From assembly GCA_934101115.1 (NCBI GenBank), contig CAKOPW010000006.1:18632-82631 (forward strand): a stretch of DNA of 64,000 nucleotides. The letters run 5' to 3'. The stretch comes from an uncultured Bacilli bacterium (lineage in GTDB: Bacteria; Bacillota_I; Bacilli_A; RF39; UBA660). How positions within the stretch are numbered: the first letter of the stretch is position 1; every line of letters begins with the position of its first letter. This document shows, one piece after another, positions 17,798 to 27,959 of the stretch. The notes under the pieces are model-generated. The model searched no databases, had not been told where the DNA came from, and saw only the letters and a list, made by a program, of their open reading frames with translations. A program made the translations under genes and the position numbers.

Positions 17798-18632
17798 TCA
17801 ATAATGAAATCCATCTAATATTTTTTGAACTTCTTCATCAGGTTTATTACGATAATCAGCACAAGGACTTAAAGTAAAACTATATAGAACATCATCATAT
17901 TCCATATAAACGCTTCTTCTCCTTCCATATTCAATTCCATAAGCCATTGTGCCAAGTTTTCCTACTTTATACTTTGGGATAGTTTCATCAGTATAGTTTC
18001 CATGGTTTAATTCACTATTTTCTTTTATTTCAGCATACTTAGTTTTTATTAAAATATTAAAATTAACAGTAGACACATTTTTGTTTTCTTTATTATCATA
18101 CATGAAATACATTACCCATATAAAGATTTACAGTTGCTATTTTTCCATCTTTCTTTTCTAAAGTTCTTAAAATAAATTTATCTCTTTTAAACAAATCATT
18201 TCTTAAAAGTTTTATACCTAACTCTTTTTCTAATTCTTCATATGTATACATTGAATAGCTGCTTTTATCTATTGGTTCATTCTTGAAAGAATCAATGCCA
18301 CTACCAGTTGGCTCTTTCAAATTAGCATTATAATTTATTTTTTTAACACCATTATATTTTAATTTGATTCTTTGAACATCATTATTATCAACTTTTTCTG
18401 TATAAGACTTAGTAAAGATTGATGTAACAATTTCTTTGATTTCTTCAGCGTAAGTTATACCCGTTCCAACAATTAAAATACTGAAGACTATAATTAAACT
18501 AAAAATAATTTTATTTTTTTTCTTTCTTTTTTTATATCGCTTAATAGTTTCTAATCTTAGATAGTCATTTCTTTCATCTGTTAAAACAATATTGCTAATA
18601 TTATCAACATACTCTTGTTTTAATTTATTCAT
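17798..18632 (-). pseudogene. Paralogous anti-sigma-like gene split by a frameshift near 18096-18112
   Basis: ORFs 18096-18632 (N-part with TM) and 17798-18112 (C-part) together are collinear with the intact 262-aa paralog (LRN.LFK..F, IKTKYAE). Confidence 0.6.
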
Positions 18633-19092
18633 CTTTACCCTCCATTTCTACTCTTAATTTTTCTTTGCCTCTTAATAAGTTCATCTTTATAGCAGATTCA
18701 GATTTTCGCATAATCTTAGCGATTTCTTTTATCTTATATCCCTCATAATAATATAAATATAATGATATTCTATAATCTTTTGGAATGGCTTTTAATAATT
18801 CAAAAGTGTCAAATTTATTTAAGTCGTATGATTTTATTTCATCTTCTAAACTCTTTATAAGTTTTTTCCAAGGCGATTTAAGCAAATCTTTTGTATTATT
18901 TATACTTACTCTAAATAACCACTTTTTTATTTCTTCATTTTCTAATAATAGAATCTTTTTATTGTTATACAACTTCATAAATGTTTTTTGAAGAATATCT
19001 TCAGTATCCTGAATATTAAAAAGATAACTATAAATCAGTTTATAAACATCTTTACTATATAAATAATATATTTCATCAAAACGATTATTCAT
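18625..19092 (-). CDS. ECF-type sigma-70 family sigma factor (second copy)
   Basis: 155 aa; DTEDILQKTFMKLY; YKIKEIAKIMRKSESAIKMNLLR. Confidence 0.8.
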   Translation of the reverse strand: MNNRFDEIYYLYSKDVYKLIYSYLFNIQDTEDILQKTFMKLYNNKKILLLENEEIKKWLFRVSINNTKDLLKSPWKKLIKSLEDEIKSYDLNKFDTFELLKAIPKDYRISLYLYYYEGYKIKEIAKIMRKSESAIKMNLLRGKEKLRVEMEGKDE

Positions 19093-19174
19093 AGTTTACT
19101 CCTTTCAACTTATTAACGATTTAAATTAATAAAAAGTCACACTAAATAAAAAAGAACAAAATTAATTGTTCTCC

Positions 19175-20416
19175 TTATGCTAATTTTCTAGCTTCTATTT
19201 CAGCTGTTAAGCGTTCCTTTTCGTCTTCTGTTAATATAATTTGTTTATCAAGCTCTTCTAACATTTTTTCATAATCACTTAAATCTAAATCCGGATTATT
19301 ATCTAGTTCATGAAGCAATGCTTTAAAATCATTTTCTTCTTGTAAGGATCTATCAAGTACTTCATTTTCTTTTTCAATGTACATAGTTGCTGCATTCTCA
19401 TACTCATCAATTTTATCACTTTTTTTATCAAACTCTTCATCAGTAACTTCATCTGTTAAAGTTCTATCTTGTTTATATAAATCAAACTTTATGTCCTCTA
19501 TGCTTCTATTTTGTATTCTTTCATCACGAATTTTTTGCATATATTCAGAGATTCTTGCTTCATATATTGAAGGAAGTACCTTACTCTCTAACTCAGGTTC
19601 ATCCTCCTTAAGTCTTTTTATGGCTTCTGCGCGTATATTAATATAATCAGCATTTTCAACTAAAGTTTCATCATCACTTTTTTCAAACACTACTTTTTCA
19701 GCTGATATATTTTCATCTTTTAGTTCTTCTGGAGTTTTTTCCTCTTCTTTTTGTTCTTCTTTTTCTAAAGCAGCTATTTCATTTTGAAGAGCTTCAATTC
19801 TCGCAAAATTTGGATTACTTTGAACTTTTAAATCTTGTAATTCTCTTTTTTTAGAATCTAGAATACTTTCTTTATTCTTATCGTTTTCATTTGTTTCCTT
19901 TTTAGCGTTAATACGAGCATTTTCTACTGCCTCTTTGATTTCCTTATAATCAGTTTTAGCAAGACTTTCGTTTACTATTTTTACTTGAGTCTCATACTTT
20001 TCAATATATTCATCTAATTTGTTTAAAGTTTTTGGATAAGATGATTTAATTACTGAAGTAAACTCCGGATTTTGAGAGATTAAATCTTTTACTCTTTTGA
20101 ATTCATTTAGCTTTTGATCAAGTTCATTTTTTTGATCAACCATTTCCTTACTAGGTATTTCAAATGGTACTATGATTGTTGCTCCAAAAATATCTTGAGA
20201 TTCTTTTAATCCATCTATCACGCCCATTTTCTTATAATGATTATAATCAAAGATTAAAGAATCATATTCATAAGTTATTTTTATTTTATCCGTATTCTTT
20301 TTAGTTAAATTTTCTACACTTTGAAGATTATTTATTCCGGTAAAATAAGAGATAATTCCTTTATTAATCGTTGGATCAAATACTTTAGATGTTCTTAATG
20401 CTTGTATTGCTTGGTG
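19175..20416 (-). pseudogene. 3' portion of an acidic coiled-coil protein gene whose reading frame stays open 63 codons upstream of the first ATG, up to the ICE junction
   Basis: Frame translated by hand: HQAIQALRTSKVFDPTINKG...YNHYKKMGVIDGL; no start codon or SD upstream; stop at 20417-20419 lies inside the recombinase 3' end. Confidence 0.5.
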
Positions 20417-22173
20417 TTACTATCGGAACATAAAAGAACATTTTTTCCTTTATTTTCAAGGCTTCCACAATCAATTTCAATGTTCCTGTACTGACTGTTT
20501 TGAATCTCTGTATCAGTACAAGAACATTTTTCTGGATAAAAATTTGATAACTCAAGTTTTTTTCTTTTGTTATCAATTTCTAATTCTCTGTATATTGTAT
20601 CGGCATTAAAATTGAAATAAATAATTAGTCTTACATGTTTTCTATCACCATTTATTTTTTCAACTTCTACTCTTTCTACTAATATTCTCATTAAATTAGG
20701 TAGCTGACTCTGTAAATCAACTTTTGATGTAAGTGTATTTCTAACTTCCGTTATTTTTTCCTTTAATTTTGTAAGTTCTGCATCAGGATTATTAAGTCTA
20801 TCTATTTTTGCTTTTAAGGAATTAATTTCATTGTTAAACTTATCATTTCTTTTCTTAAACTCTAAATCATCAATCAATCCTTTAATACTCAAATCTAATA
20901 ATTTATCCTTTTGCTTTTCTATTTTTATAATTTGATTGTTTATACTTCCTATATCATCAGAACTCTTATTACTGCTTATAATATTCTCATATTCATTTAT
21001 TACTTGATTTAAATATTCTTTTTTATTATCTATAAAATCACTAAATATTTGTACAAATATCTTATCTAGATAATCTTCCCTTAAGATTGGTGAAGCACAA
21101 GCACCAACCCCTTCAGTCTTATATTTCTTACAAGACCATGTAGGATTATTTGCTCTATTACTTCCACCAGCTCTTATAAATACATTTCCACAATCCTTAC
21201 AATATAATAAACAACTATATTTTGAATTCTCTAATGACTTTTCAGAATTTAAAATATGTCTTGCAGATGATTTTTTTCTCATCTCATGAAGTTCATTTGC
21301 TTTATTCCATAACTCCTCAGATACAATTGCTGGAACTCTATCATCCTTTTCAATTATTTGTCTTTCTTTTGGAACTTTTTTCTTTTTATGTGTTTTATAA
21401 TTTTCAACCTCAGTTAGCCTAGCAGTATAATACCCTTTATATCTAGGATTAGTTAAAAATTTTGCCATAGTTGTATCGGAATATGGTTCACCTTTTGAAT
21501 TTAAATATCCCATTTTTGCAAGATCTTGCCCTATCTTTTTAAGACCAACTTTTCCAGATGCATAAGTTTCAAAAAGATATGTAATTATTGGTGCCTCTGC
21601 TGGATTAATTTCATATCTTCCATCTTTTTTGAAATATCCAGTTAAATTACCACCAATAAGTTTTCTGTCTTTAATCATTCTATTAACACCAAATTTAACT
21701 CTTTCTGATAGTTTTCTAACTTCATCTTGAGCCAAACTTGACATAATTGTAAGTCTAAACTCTGAATCCTCTTGAATTGTATTAAGATTATCTGATAGAA
21801 AATATACAATAACCCCATGCTTTAATAAATACTCTGTATATTTTATACTATCAACAGTATTTCTTGAGAATCTTGATATTTCTTTTGTAACCACCATATC
21901 TATTTTTCCTAGAGTAGCATCTTCAATCATTTTTAGGAATCTATCTCTATTTTTTACAGCAGTTCCACTAATTCCTTCATCTATATAACCACCACAGAAT
22001 ACCCAGTTTTTATTTTCTGTTATCATTTCTTCAAAATAGTTTTGTTGATTTTCCAAACTATTTAACTGATCATCCTTATCTGTTGAAACACGAGCATAAT
22101 ATACTACTCTAAGTGGCATATCATAAATCGTTTTTCCTTTTCTTAAATCTTCTCTTGCTTTTTTTATATCCAT
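20395..22173 (-). CDS. Large serine recombinase (TndX/TnpX/SpoIVCA class)
   Basis: 592 aa; N-terminal resolvase domain VVYYARVSTDKDDQLNSLENQ (catalytic Ser), recombinase domain, Cys-rich zinc ribbon CKDCGNVF..WSCKKY, coiled-coil. Confidence 0.9.
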   Translation of the reverse strand: MDIKKAREDLRKGKTIYDMPLRVVYYARVSTDKDDQLNSLENQQNYFEEMITENKNWVFCGGYIDEGISGTAVKNRDRFLKMIEDATLGKIDMVVTKEISRFSRNTVDSIKYTEYLLKHGVIVYFLSDNLNTIQEDSEFRLTIMSSLAQDEVRKLSERVKFGVNRMIKDRKLIGGNLTGYFKKDGRYEINPAEAPIITYLFETYASGKVGLKKIGQDLAKMGYLNSKGEPYSDTTMAKFLTNPRYKGYYTARLTEVENYKTHKKKKVPKERQIIEKDDRVPAIVSEELWNKANELHEMRKKSSARHILNSEKSLENSKYSCLLYCKDCGNVFIRAGGSNRANNPTWSCKKYKTEGVGACASPILREDYLDKIFVQIFSDFIDNKKEYLNQVINEYENIISSNKSSDDIGSINNQIIKIEKQKDKLLDLSIKGLIDDLEFKKRNDKFNNEINSLKAKIDRLNNPDAELTKLKEKITEVRNTLTSKVDLQSQLPNLMRILVERVEVEKINGDRKHVRLIIYFNFNADTIYRELEIDNKRKKLELSNFYPEKCSCTDTEIQNSQYRNIEIDCGSLENKGKNVLLCSDSNTKQYKH

Positions 22174-22215
22174 TGTTTACTCACTCTCCTCCCATGTTCT
22201 TAAAAAGCAAGATAA

Positions 22216-22464
22216 CTAGGATGATGACATGCTACCATGATTTTTTCCTATTGTCAAACCATCATTAATCTTGTCTTTATATTCATTTTTCATTTTTGTC
22301 ATTCTTCCAAGTATTGATTGTTCCATTAAACTAAAAACTTTTAAATCAATTATTTTACTCTCATATAATTCTCTATTTAAAATTAGTCGCCATTCTAATA
22401 ATTTATACTCTAAAGGCAAATGTTTGGTACTACACTTTATTTCAATTTCATCTGTGTTATACAT
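22216..22464 (-). CDS. Hypothetical small protein (82 aa)
   Basis: ORF only; position between T4CP and recombinase. Confidence 0.35.
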   Translation of the reverse strand: MYNTDEIEIKCSTKHLPLEYKLLEWRLILNRELYESKIIDLKVFSLMEQSILGRMTKMKNEYKDKINDGLTIGKNHGSMSSS

Positions 22465-22529
22465 GTTATACCATCCTCATCAAACTATATGAGATAAAGA
22501 TATAAATAATACTAAATAAAGAAACGACA

Positions 22530-24539
22530 TTATTTATTCTTTTCCTTTCTTAATTCTTGTTCTTGGTTGAATGTGCTTTTTAAATGAATCTCAATAACAT
22601 TTTTGCCATTATCATTATTACTTATTTCAATATGATATACTTTATTATCCAATTGTCCTTTTATTAAAGATTTTTCCATTTCGCCAATGTTTTTATTCAA
22701 ACTAATAACAGAAAATGTTCTATTGTTTTTAGTCTTATATTCAAAATTAATAATGTTATCTTTTATAATATCTTTAACCTGTTCTATTGCCCTTAAAAGT
22801 TCTTGTTCTTCGGCTTCTCTTTGTTCCTTATAAAAATCTTTAGCACTCATATTTAATTCATCATCTACTTTTTTAAATCTTCCACCTATTGGTGATTTTA
22901 TTTGTTCAACCGTGAAATATGTATCATCAAGTTGTTTTAATGAATTAGCTTTTCTTTCAATTTCACCTTTTTTATAACAAGAAAACTTATTATACATAAC
23001 AGTATCTCTAAAAATAGGATAACCTATTATAGGAAATATTATAGTTTTATAATGAAGTTGTTTTACTTCATCTGGTGTAAGTAAATCTCTTGCCATTAAA
23101 GAAGTTGATTTATTACCATTATAGTCTAATAAGCTAAGTGATTGACTTATAGAACTACTTGATATTGTTGTCTTACCTAACCTTTTAGATATTTGTTCTG
23201 CTGTATCTTGTGTATTTGTTTTTAAATAAATAAGACCACAGTTATCAAGTATTATTTGAGCTACCTCTTTACCATACACATTATCAAGTTGGGAGAATGA
23301 TTGAATAAAGAAATGGAATCTCATTCCTCTACTTCTTGCAACTGATACTAATGCTTCAATATCTGCAAGTGGTGGACAATTTGCAAACTCATCAAGTAAC
23401 CAATCAATTTGTACTGGTAACTTTTTATTTTCTTTACTATTAGCAAGTTTTACTAACTCCTTATATAATAGTCCTACAATAATTGTAACTAATGTAAAAT
23501 ACACTTTATCTTCATCAGGGACTATTATAAATAATGCTGTTGCTTCTCTACCTAACAAATCAAAATCAAAGTCAGAATCAGATGTTACATTTGCTACATT
23601 AACATCATCAAATAAAGACATCTTTTCACCAAACACTGCTGTAATAGATTTATAAGTATTATCACTTGCATTAAGTATTGATGTTAAAGAATCCTTACTT
23701 TTACTTCCGTAATCTTTCCTATCAATATAAGTCTTAAACTTATTAAAGTTTTTCTCTTGCATTGAACTATTTTGAAACTTGCGGATAGATGTCATAGTAA
23801 TCTGATTTCTTTTTATATTATTTTTCTTATATTCTTCTAAAAAGAATCCTATTAAACCTTCTAATAAATTTCTTGCACTATTATTCCAAAATGGATCTTT
23901 TTGCTGAGTTTTCTCTTGCATTATCATCGTAGCAAGTGAAGTTATTAATCTATTAGTTTCAGCAAGGGAAGTCATTGCTAAATTATTATATTTAACTTTA
24001 TCTTTTTTACTTACAATAGATTTTTTTTCGTATTCAATGTACCTCTCATATTCTTTTATTATTGGTTCCAATATATTAAAATGATTAGACATTTCTGGAT
24101 GTCTAAAATCAAGTGTTAATACATTATATCCATTGTCCTTAAACATTTTTGAAGTTGTATTAAATATTTCACCTTTTGGATCAGTTATAAAAACACTCCT
24201 TTTATTCTTTGCAGTAGCAATAAATGAACACATAGGAATAACAGCAGTAACTGATTTACCACTACCAGTTGAACCAAGATAAGTGTAGTGTGGTGTTTCT
24301 CTATCAAACCAAACATATTTAAAATCTTTACTAAACCATATAGGTACACCAGATTCTTTAATATTATTAATTTTTTCTTTTTTAAAGTTTTTCTTAATTT
24401 CATTATAGGTTGAGAATCTTGCTGAGCCATATTCATTATTATTTTTTACTTTATGTTTTGATATAGCTGGCTCTATAAACATAAATCCTACTATAAACAA
24501 AAGTAAAAGAGCTAACACAATGGTTAGCTCTAAAGACAT
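22530..24539 (-). CDS. Type IV coupling protein (VirD4/TraG/TcpA-like)
   Basis: 669 aa; N-terminal TM; Walker A GSTGSGKSVTAVIPM; Walker B-like DWLLDEFAN. Confidence 0.8.
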   Translation of the reverse strand: MSLELTIVLALLLLFIVGFMFIEPAISKHKVKNNNEYGSARFSTYNEIKKNFKKEKINNIKESGVPIWFSKDFKYVWFDRETPHYTYLGSTGSGKSVTAVIPMCSFIATAKNKRSVFITDPKGEIFNTTSKMFKDNGYNVLTLDFRHPEMSNHFNILEPIIKEYERYIEYEKKSIVSKKDKVKYNNLAMTSLAETNRLITSLATMIMQEKTQQKDPFWNNSARNLLEGLIGFFLEEYKKNNIKRNQITMTSIRKFQNSSMQEKNFNKFKTYIDRKDYGSKSKDSLTSILNASDNTYKSITAVFGEKMSLFDDVNVANVTSDSDFDFDLLGREATALFIIVPDEDKVYFTLVTIIVGLLYKELVKLANSKENKKLPVQIDWLLDEFANCPPLADIEALVSVARSRGMRFHFFIQSFSQLDNVYGKEVAQIILDNCGLIYLKTNTQDTAEQISKRLGKTTISSSSISQSLSLLDYNGNKSTSLMARDLLTPDEVKQLHYKTIIFPIIGYPIFRDTVMYNKFSCYKKGEIERKANSLKQLDDTYFTVEQIKSPIGGRFKKVDDELNMSAKDFYKEQREAEEQELLRAIEQVKDIIKDNIINFEYKTKNNRTFSVISLNKNIGEMEKSLIKGQLDNKVYHIEISNNDNGKNVIEIHLKSTFNQEQELRKEKNK

Positions 24540-24790
24540 ATATCCTCATCAATAAGTTCTTCAATATTATAAATATCATAATTACATATCATTTCATCAA
24601 CTTGATCTTCAATATCTAAAACTATTTCATCTAAACTTCTATTATCATAAAATTTTACTTTATCTTTGTTAGAATTTTCTAGTGCTACCCTTAAGCTTCC
24701 AAGTATATTACCTTTAATGGCACTATATAAATTATTTATTTCTAAATTATCTAATTCATTATTTATTTCATCTAATGTCATATTCCTCAT
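24530..24790 (-). CDS. Hypothetical acidic protein (86 aa)
   Basis: ORF overlapping both neighbours (operon). Confidence 0.4.
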   Translation of the reverse strand: MRNMTLDEINNELDNLEINNLYSAIKGNILGSLRVALENSNKDKVKFYDNRSLDEIVLDIEDQVDEMICNYDIYNIEELIDEDICL

Positions 24791-25625
24791 TCACCTCTTT
24801 TTCTTTTTCCACTTTTAATAGTTCTTGTGATTTATTTAAAGAATCATTAAATAGTTTTATTTCATTATCTAATAAATCACTATCATCAATTTTATATTTA
24901 GAATAATCATAATTACTTTTTCTTAAATATTCTAAAAAATCATTAAGAATAAGTGATTCATCTTTTAAGATTTTATTTTCCAAAAAATTATAATACTTTT
25001 TTATTTTTTTATAATGCTTTGTATTCTCATTAAAAACTAAATTGTTGTATTTATAATTTTTATATTCATTAAGTAGTACAGGCGAAGATACAAATCTATC
25101 TCCTGCCCAAGAACCAACATACTTTTTATTTTGAAAATAATAATCTCCTCCACCTTGCTCATTACCACACCCAGTTAATAGTGCAAATGAATTAATTTTA
25201 CAAGAACCAATTTTCCTTGCATCCCTATCTATCCAAAAGTTTTGTATGGGTTGTTTGAATAAATCAACATATTCTTTTTTATCTAAATTATAAACATATC
25301 TAATATTGTTATTGCTTTTACTCACAACATTTTTAAATCCTTCAGCATAGCTATATATAGTATGATTTATTCCTAATTCTTCACTTAACTTTTCAATTAT
25401 ATTAGCAGTATTGCTACTATCTGTTGATTCAGCATAATCGCCTACATGAATAACTCTATCACCTTTCCATTCATTACTTAATAGTCTTAAAATATCATTA
25501 CAATAATCATTACTAACATAGGAATGTTCCATCAACTTATATCCATGTCTATTCCTATCACAAATTTCTTTTTTATCTACATTTACAAATTTATAATACT
25601 GTCCCATCTTGTACCTCTTTTTCAT
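24768..25625 (-). CDS. Hypothetical protein (285 aa)
   Basis: Long ORF in operon; no motif recognised. Confidence 0.45.
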   Translation of the reverse strand: MKKRYKMGQYYKFVNVDKKEICDRNRHGYKLMEHSYVSNDYCNDILRLLSNEWKGDRVIHVGDYAESTDSSNTANIIEKLSEELGINHTIYSYAEGFKNVVSKSNNNIRYVYNLDKKEYVDLFKQPIQNFWIDRDARKIGSCKINSFALLTGCGNEQGGGDYYFQNKKYVGSWAGDRFVSSPVLLNEYKNYKYNNLVFNENTKHYKKIKKYYNFLENKILKDESLILNDFLEYLRKSNYDYSKYKIDDSDLLDNEIKLFNDSLNKSQELLKVEKEKEVNEEYDIR

Positions 25626-26094
25626 TCTTTTTACTTAATTCTTGTTCTAGTTCTCTTTGTTCAAGTGAAACAATAAAATGATTAGAATTATATTCTCCAT
25701 TTTGACATAATATAAATTCATTTTCTTTTTCCTCAAACATCCAACGGCCATCATAGTCTGGATTATTCAAATCCATATCAGTTTCATATTTAATAGCATC
25801 TAAATCATTAAAATCTAAATCATTTTTTATACTTTCTATTTCTTCATTAAACAACTTTCTAGCATAGGATAAAGATGGTGTTACAGCTATTACATTATTA
25901 AATGATTCATCATTGCAAACACAATTACTTGTAATAACATAGACAATATTTTTTGAATTTTTTTCTATTTGTTTTATTTCATCATCTAATTTATTTAAAA
26001 AATGAACTCCATCACTACTCATTCTATCTTCATCCCAATATAAATTATCTACATATTCCTTCAACTTTTTCCAACTATTCTTATCTATAATCAT
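25591..26094 (-). CDS. Hypothetical protein (167 aa)
   Basis: Long ORF in operon; no motif recognised. Confidence 0.45.
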   Translation of the reverse strand: MIIDKNSWKKLKEYVDNLYWDEDRMSSDGVHFLNKLDDEIKQIEKNSKNIVYVITSNCVCNDESFNNVIAVTPSLSYARKLFNEEIESIKNDLDFNDLDAIKYETDMDLNNPDYDGRWMFEEKENEFILCQNGEYNSNHFIVSLEQRELEQELSKKNEKEVQDGTVL

Positions 26095-26097
26095 ATA

Positions 26098-26796
26098 TCA
26101 TTCCTCCTTCGTATCTTTAATTCTTTTTAAACATATTTCATAAAAATTTTTATTTATTTCAAATCCAATATAATTTCTTTTTTCTTTGATACAGCAAACT
26201 GCTGTTGTTCCACTTCCCATAAAACAATCTAAAACTAAATCGTTTTCACGAGAACTATTTCTGATTAACTTTCTAACAAGTTCTTCAGGTTTAATTGTAG
26301 GATGATTCCATTTTCTTTTATCTTTAATATTTATTGGATAATAAAAAACTGTTTTAGCATCTTCATAATTTTTAGGTGAACAATATCCACCCTTGCGAAA
26401 GTATAAACAATATTCTTTATCACTTAAATATTTGTTATTAAATAATGGCAAAGCATTAGTCTTATTCCAAATAAGAATATCCATTTTGCACTTTCTATCT
26501 AATACAAAATATTTTATATAAAAAGGAATTTGCTCACCATTACAAAATATATAAACATTTATTCTTTTTAAAACTCTAATTATTTCTTCAAGAATATTAT
26601 AATCATATCCACCAGTTAAATTTGACTTATATAATTCATCATTATAACTATTAATACTTTTTGCTAAATCAGAATCATATTTAACATTATGGTTATTTAT
26701 TTGATATGGTGGATCTATAATAACCAAATCTATAAAATTATCAGGTATTTTTTTAATACCAATCGTACAATCTTCATTATAAATTTTATTAAGCAT
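26098..26796 (-). CDS. Orphan DNA methyltransferase (beta-class N6-A/N4-C, DPPY)
   Basis: VIIDPPYQ (motif IV) N-terminal to DCFMGSGTTAV (motif I); no adjacent endonuclease. Confidence 0.85.
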   Translation of the reverse strand: MLNKIYNEDCTIGIKKIPDNFIDLVIIDPPYQINNHNVKYDSDLAKSINSYNDELYKSNLTGGYDYNILEEIIRVLKRINVYIFCNGEQIPFYIKYFVLDRKCKMDILIWNKTNALPLFNNKYLSDKEYCLYFRKGGYCSPKNYEDAKTVFYYPINIKDKRKWNHPTIKPEELVRKLIRNSSRENDLVLDCFMGSGTTAVCCIKEKRNYIGFEINKNFYEICLKRIKDTKEE

Positions 26797-27052
26797 TTAA
26801 TATTCCTTTTTTTCTGTAATAAGATGCAAATCTATACTTAAGCATTTCATTATAATCTAAATTTAAAACTTTACTTAACCGAAATAAAAAGACACTACTA
26901 GGTGCCTTAATCTTGCCAAGTTCAATTTTATCTAATTCAGATGCTGATATATTAGTTAGTTTAGATAATTGTTCAAGTGTTAAATTATTCTTTAATCTTT
27001 CATTTCTTAATATCATTCCTAGTATTAATATAAGCATTCCTCCCTTCTTCAT
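26789..27052 (-). CDS. XRE-family HTH regulator (start uncertain)
   Basis: LRNERLKNNLTLEQLSKLTNISASELDKIELGK; overlaps the methylase start by 8 nt. Confidence 0.6.
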   Translation of the reverse strand: MKKGGMLILILGMILRNERLKNNLTLEQLSKLTNISASELDKIELGKIKAPSSVFLFRLSKVLNLDYNEMLKYRFASYYRKKGILNA

Positions 27053-27230
27053 CTCTAGTACATTTACTAGATACTTTTATTGCACAAAATAAAAAAAGTG
27101 ATAGTCCACAAACTAACACTATAAATATAATAAAAATTAACCATTTCCAAAATGGCATTTTAATCACCTCTTTCCTTCAAAATAAAAAGACTAGTTATAT
27201 TTCAAACTAATCTCACTGATAAATTGTAAT

Positions 27231-27959
27231 TTATTTAATTTCTCTTTTTTTGATAATGCTAATTCCTAAAACTATAAAGATTACTATATATATGATATAA
27301 AATATAATTGAATAATTTAAGTTTGCTAGACTCGAATTACTTAAAAATTCATTAGATACATTAGTTATCCAATATTTGCTTATATCAATTTTCAATTTTG
27401 AGTCTACTAAAGATAATATTGTTTGTATGATAGATGGTGCAAACAAACAAGCAATTATAGCAGAACCATTTTTCTCTAAAACAAATGATAAAGTTGCAAA
27501 GAAAATTGTATAAGCAATTATTCTAAAAATACTATTAATAATGGAATATAACATAACATTTTCAAAACCTAATCCATTAATTCCGAATAAGCAAAAAATT
27601 ACTATAAATGAAATTATATAAAATGAAAATAATCCAATCAAAGAAACAATATATTTAGATAATAAAACTTGTGTCCTTGAATAACCTCTACCAATAATAT
27701 TTTTTGTAGTTCCCTCATTAAAATCCAAACAACAAAATAATGCTATAAATATTGTACTTAATAAACTTATTTCTCCAGATAGCAAATTTACTATTTGAGG
27801 CATAACTTTAATAGTATCATAGTTTGGAGTATTAAATGCACCTATGAAAGTTAGTATAGGTCCCATAAGAATAAGTAGGCAAAGGCAAACATAGAAAGAT
27901 TTTTGTTTAAACATATTTCTAACTTGAAATTTAATTAATCTATTCATTTTATTCACCAA
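27231..27959 (-). CDS. ABC-2-type transporter permease
   Basis: 242 aa, ~6 hydrophobic segments; overlaps the ATPase gene. Confidence 0.7.
   Translation of the reverse strand: MVNKMNRLIKFQVRNMFKQKSFYVCLCLLILMGPILTFIGAFNTPNYDTIKVMPQIVNLLSGEISLLSTIFIALFCCLDFNEGTTKNIIGRGYSRTQVLLSKYIVSLIGLFSFYIISFIVIFCLFGINGLGFENVMLYSIINSIFRIIAYTIFFATLSFVLEKNGSAIIACLFAPSIIQTILSLVDSKLKIDISKYWITNVSNEFLSNSSLANLNYSIIFYIIYIVIFIVLGISIIKKREIK

Noticed and set aside
20385-20576. 63-aa minus-strand ORF overlapping the recombinase 3' end
   Set aside because: It is an alternative frame inside the serine recombinase gene, with no SD and no recognisable features.
24185-24436. 83-aa minus-strand ORF inside the coupling-protein gene
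   Set aside because: It is nested out of frame within a gene that has clear Walker motifs, so it is spurious.
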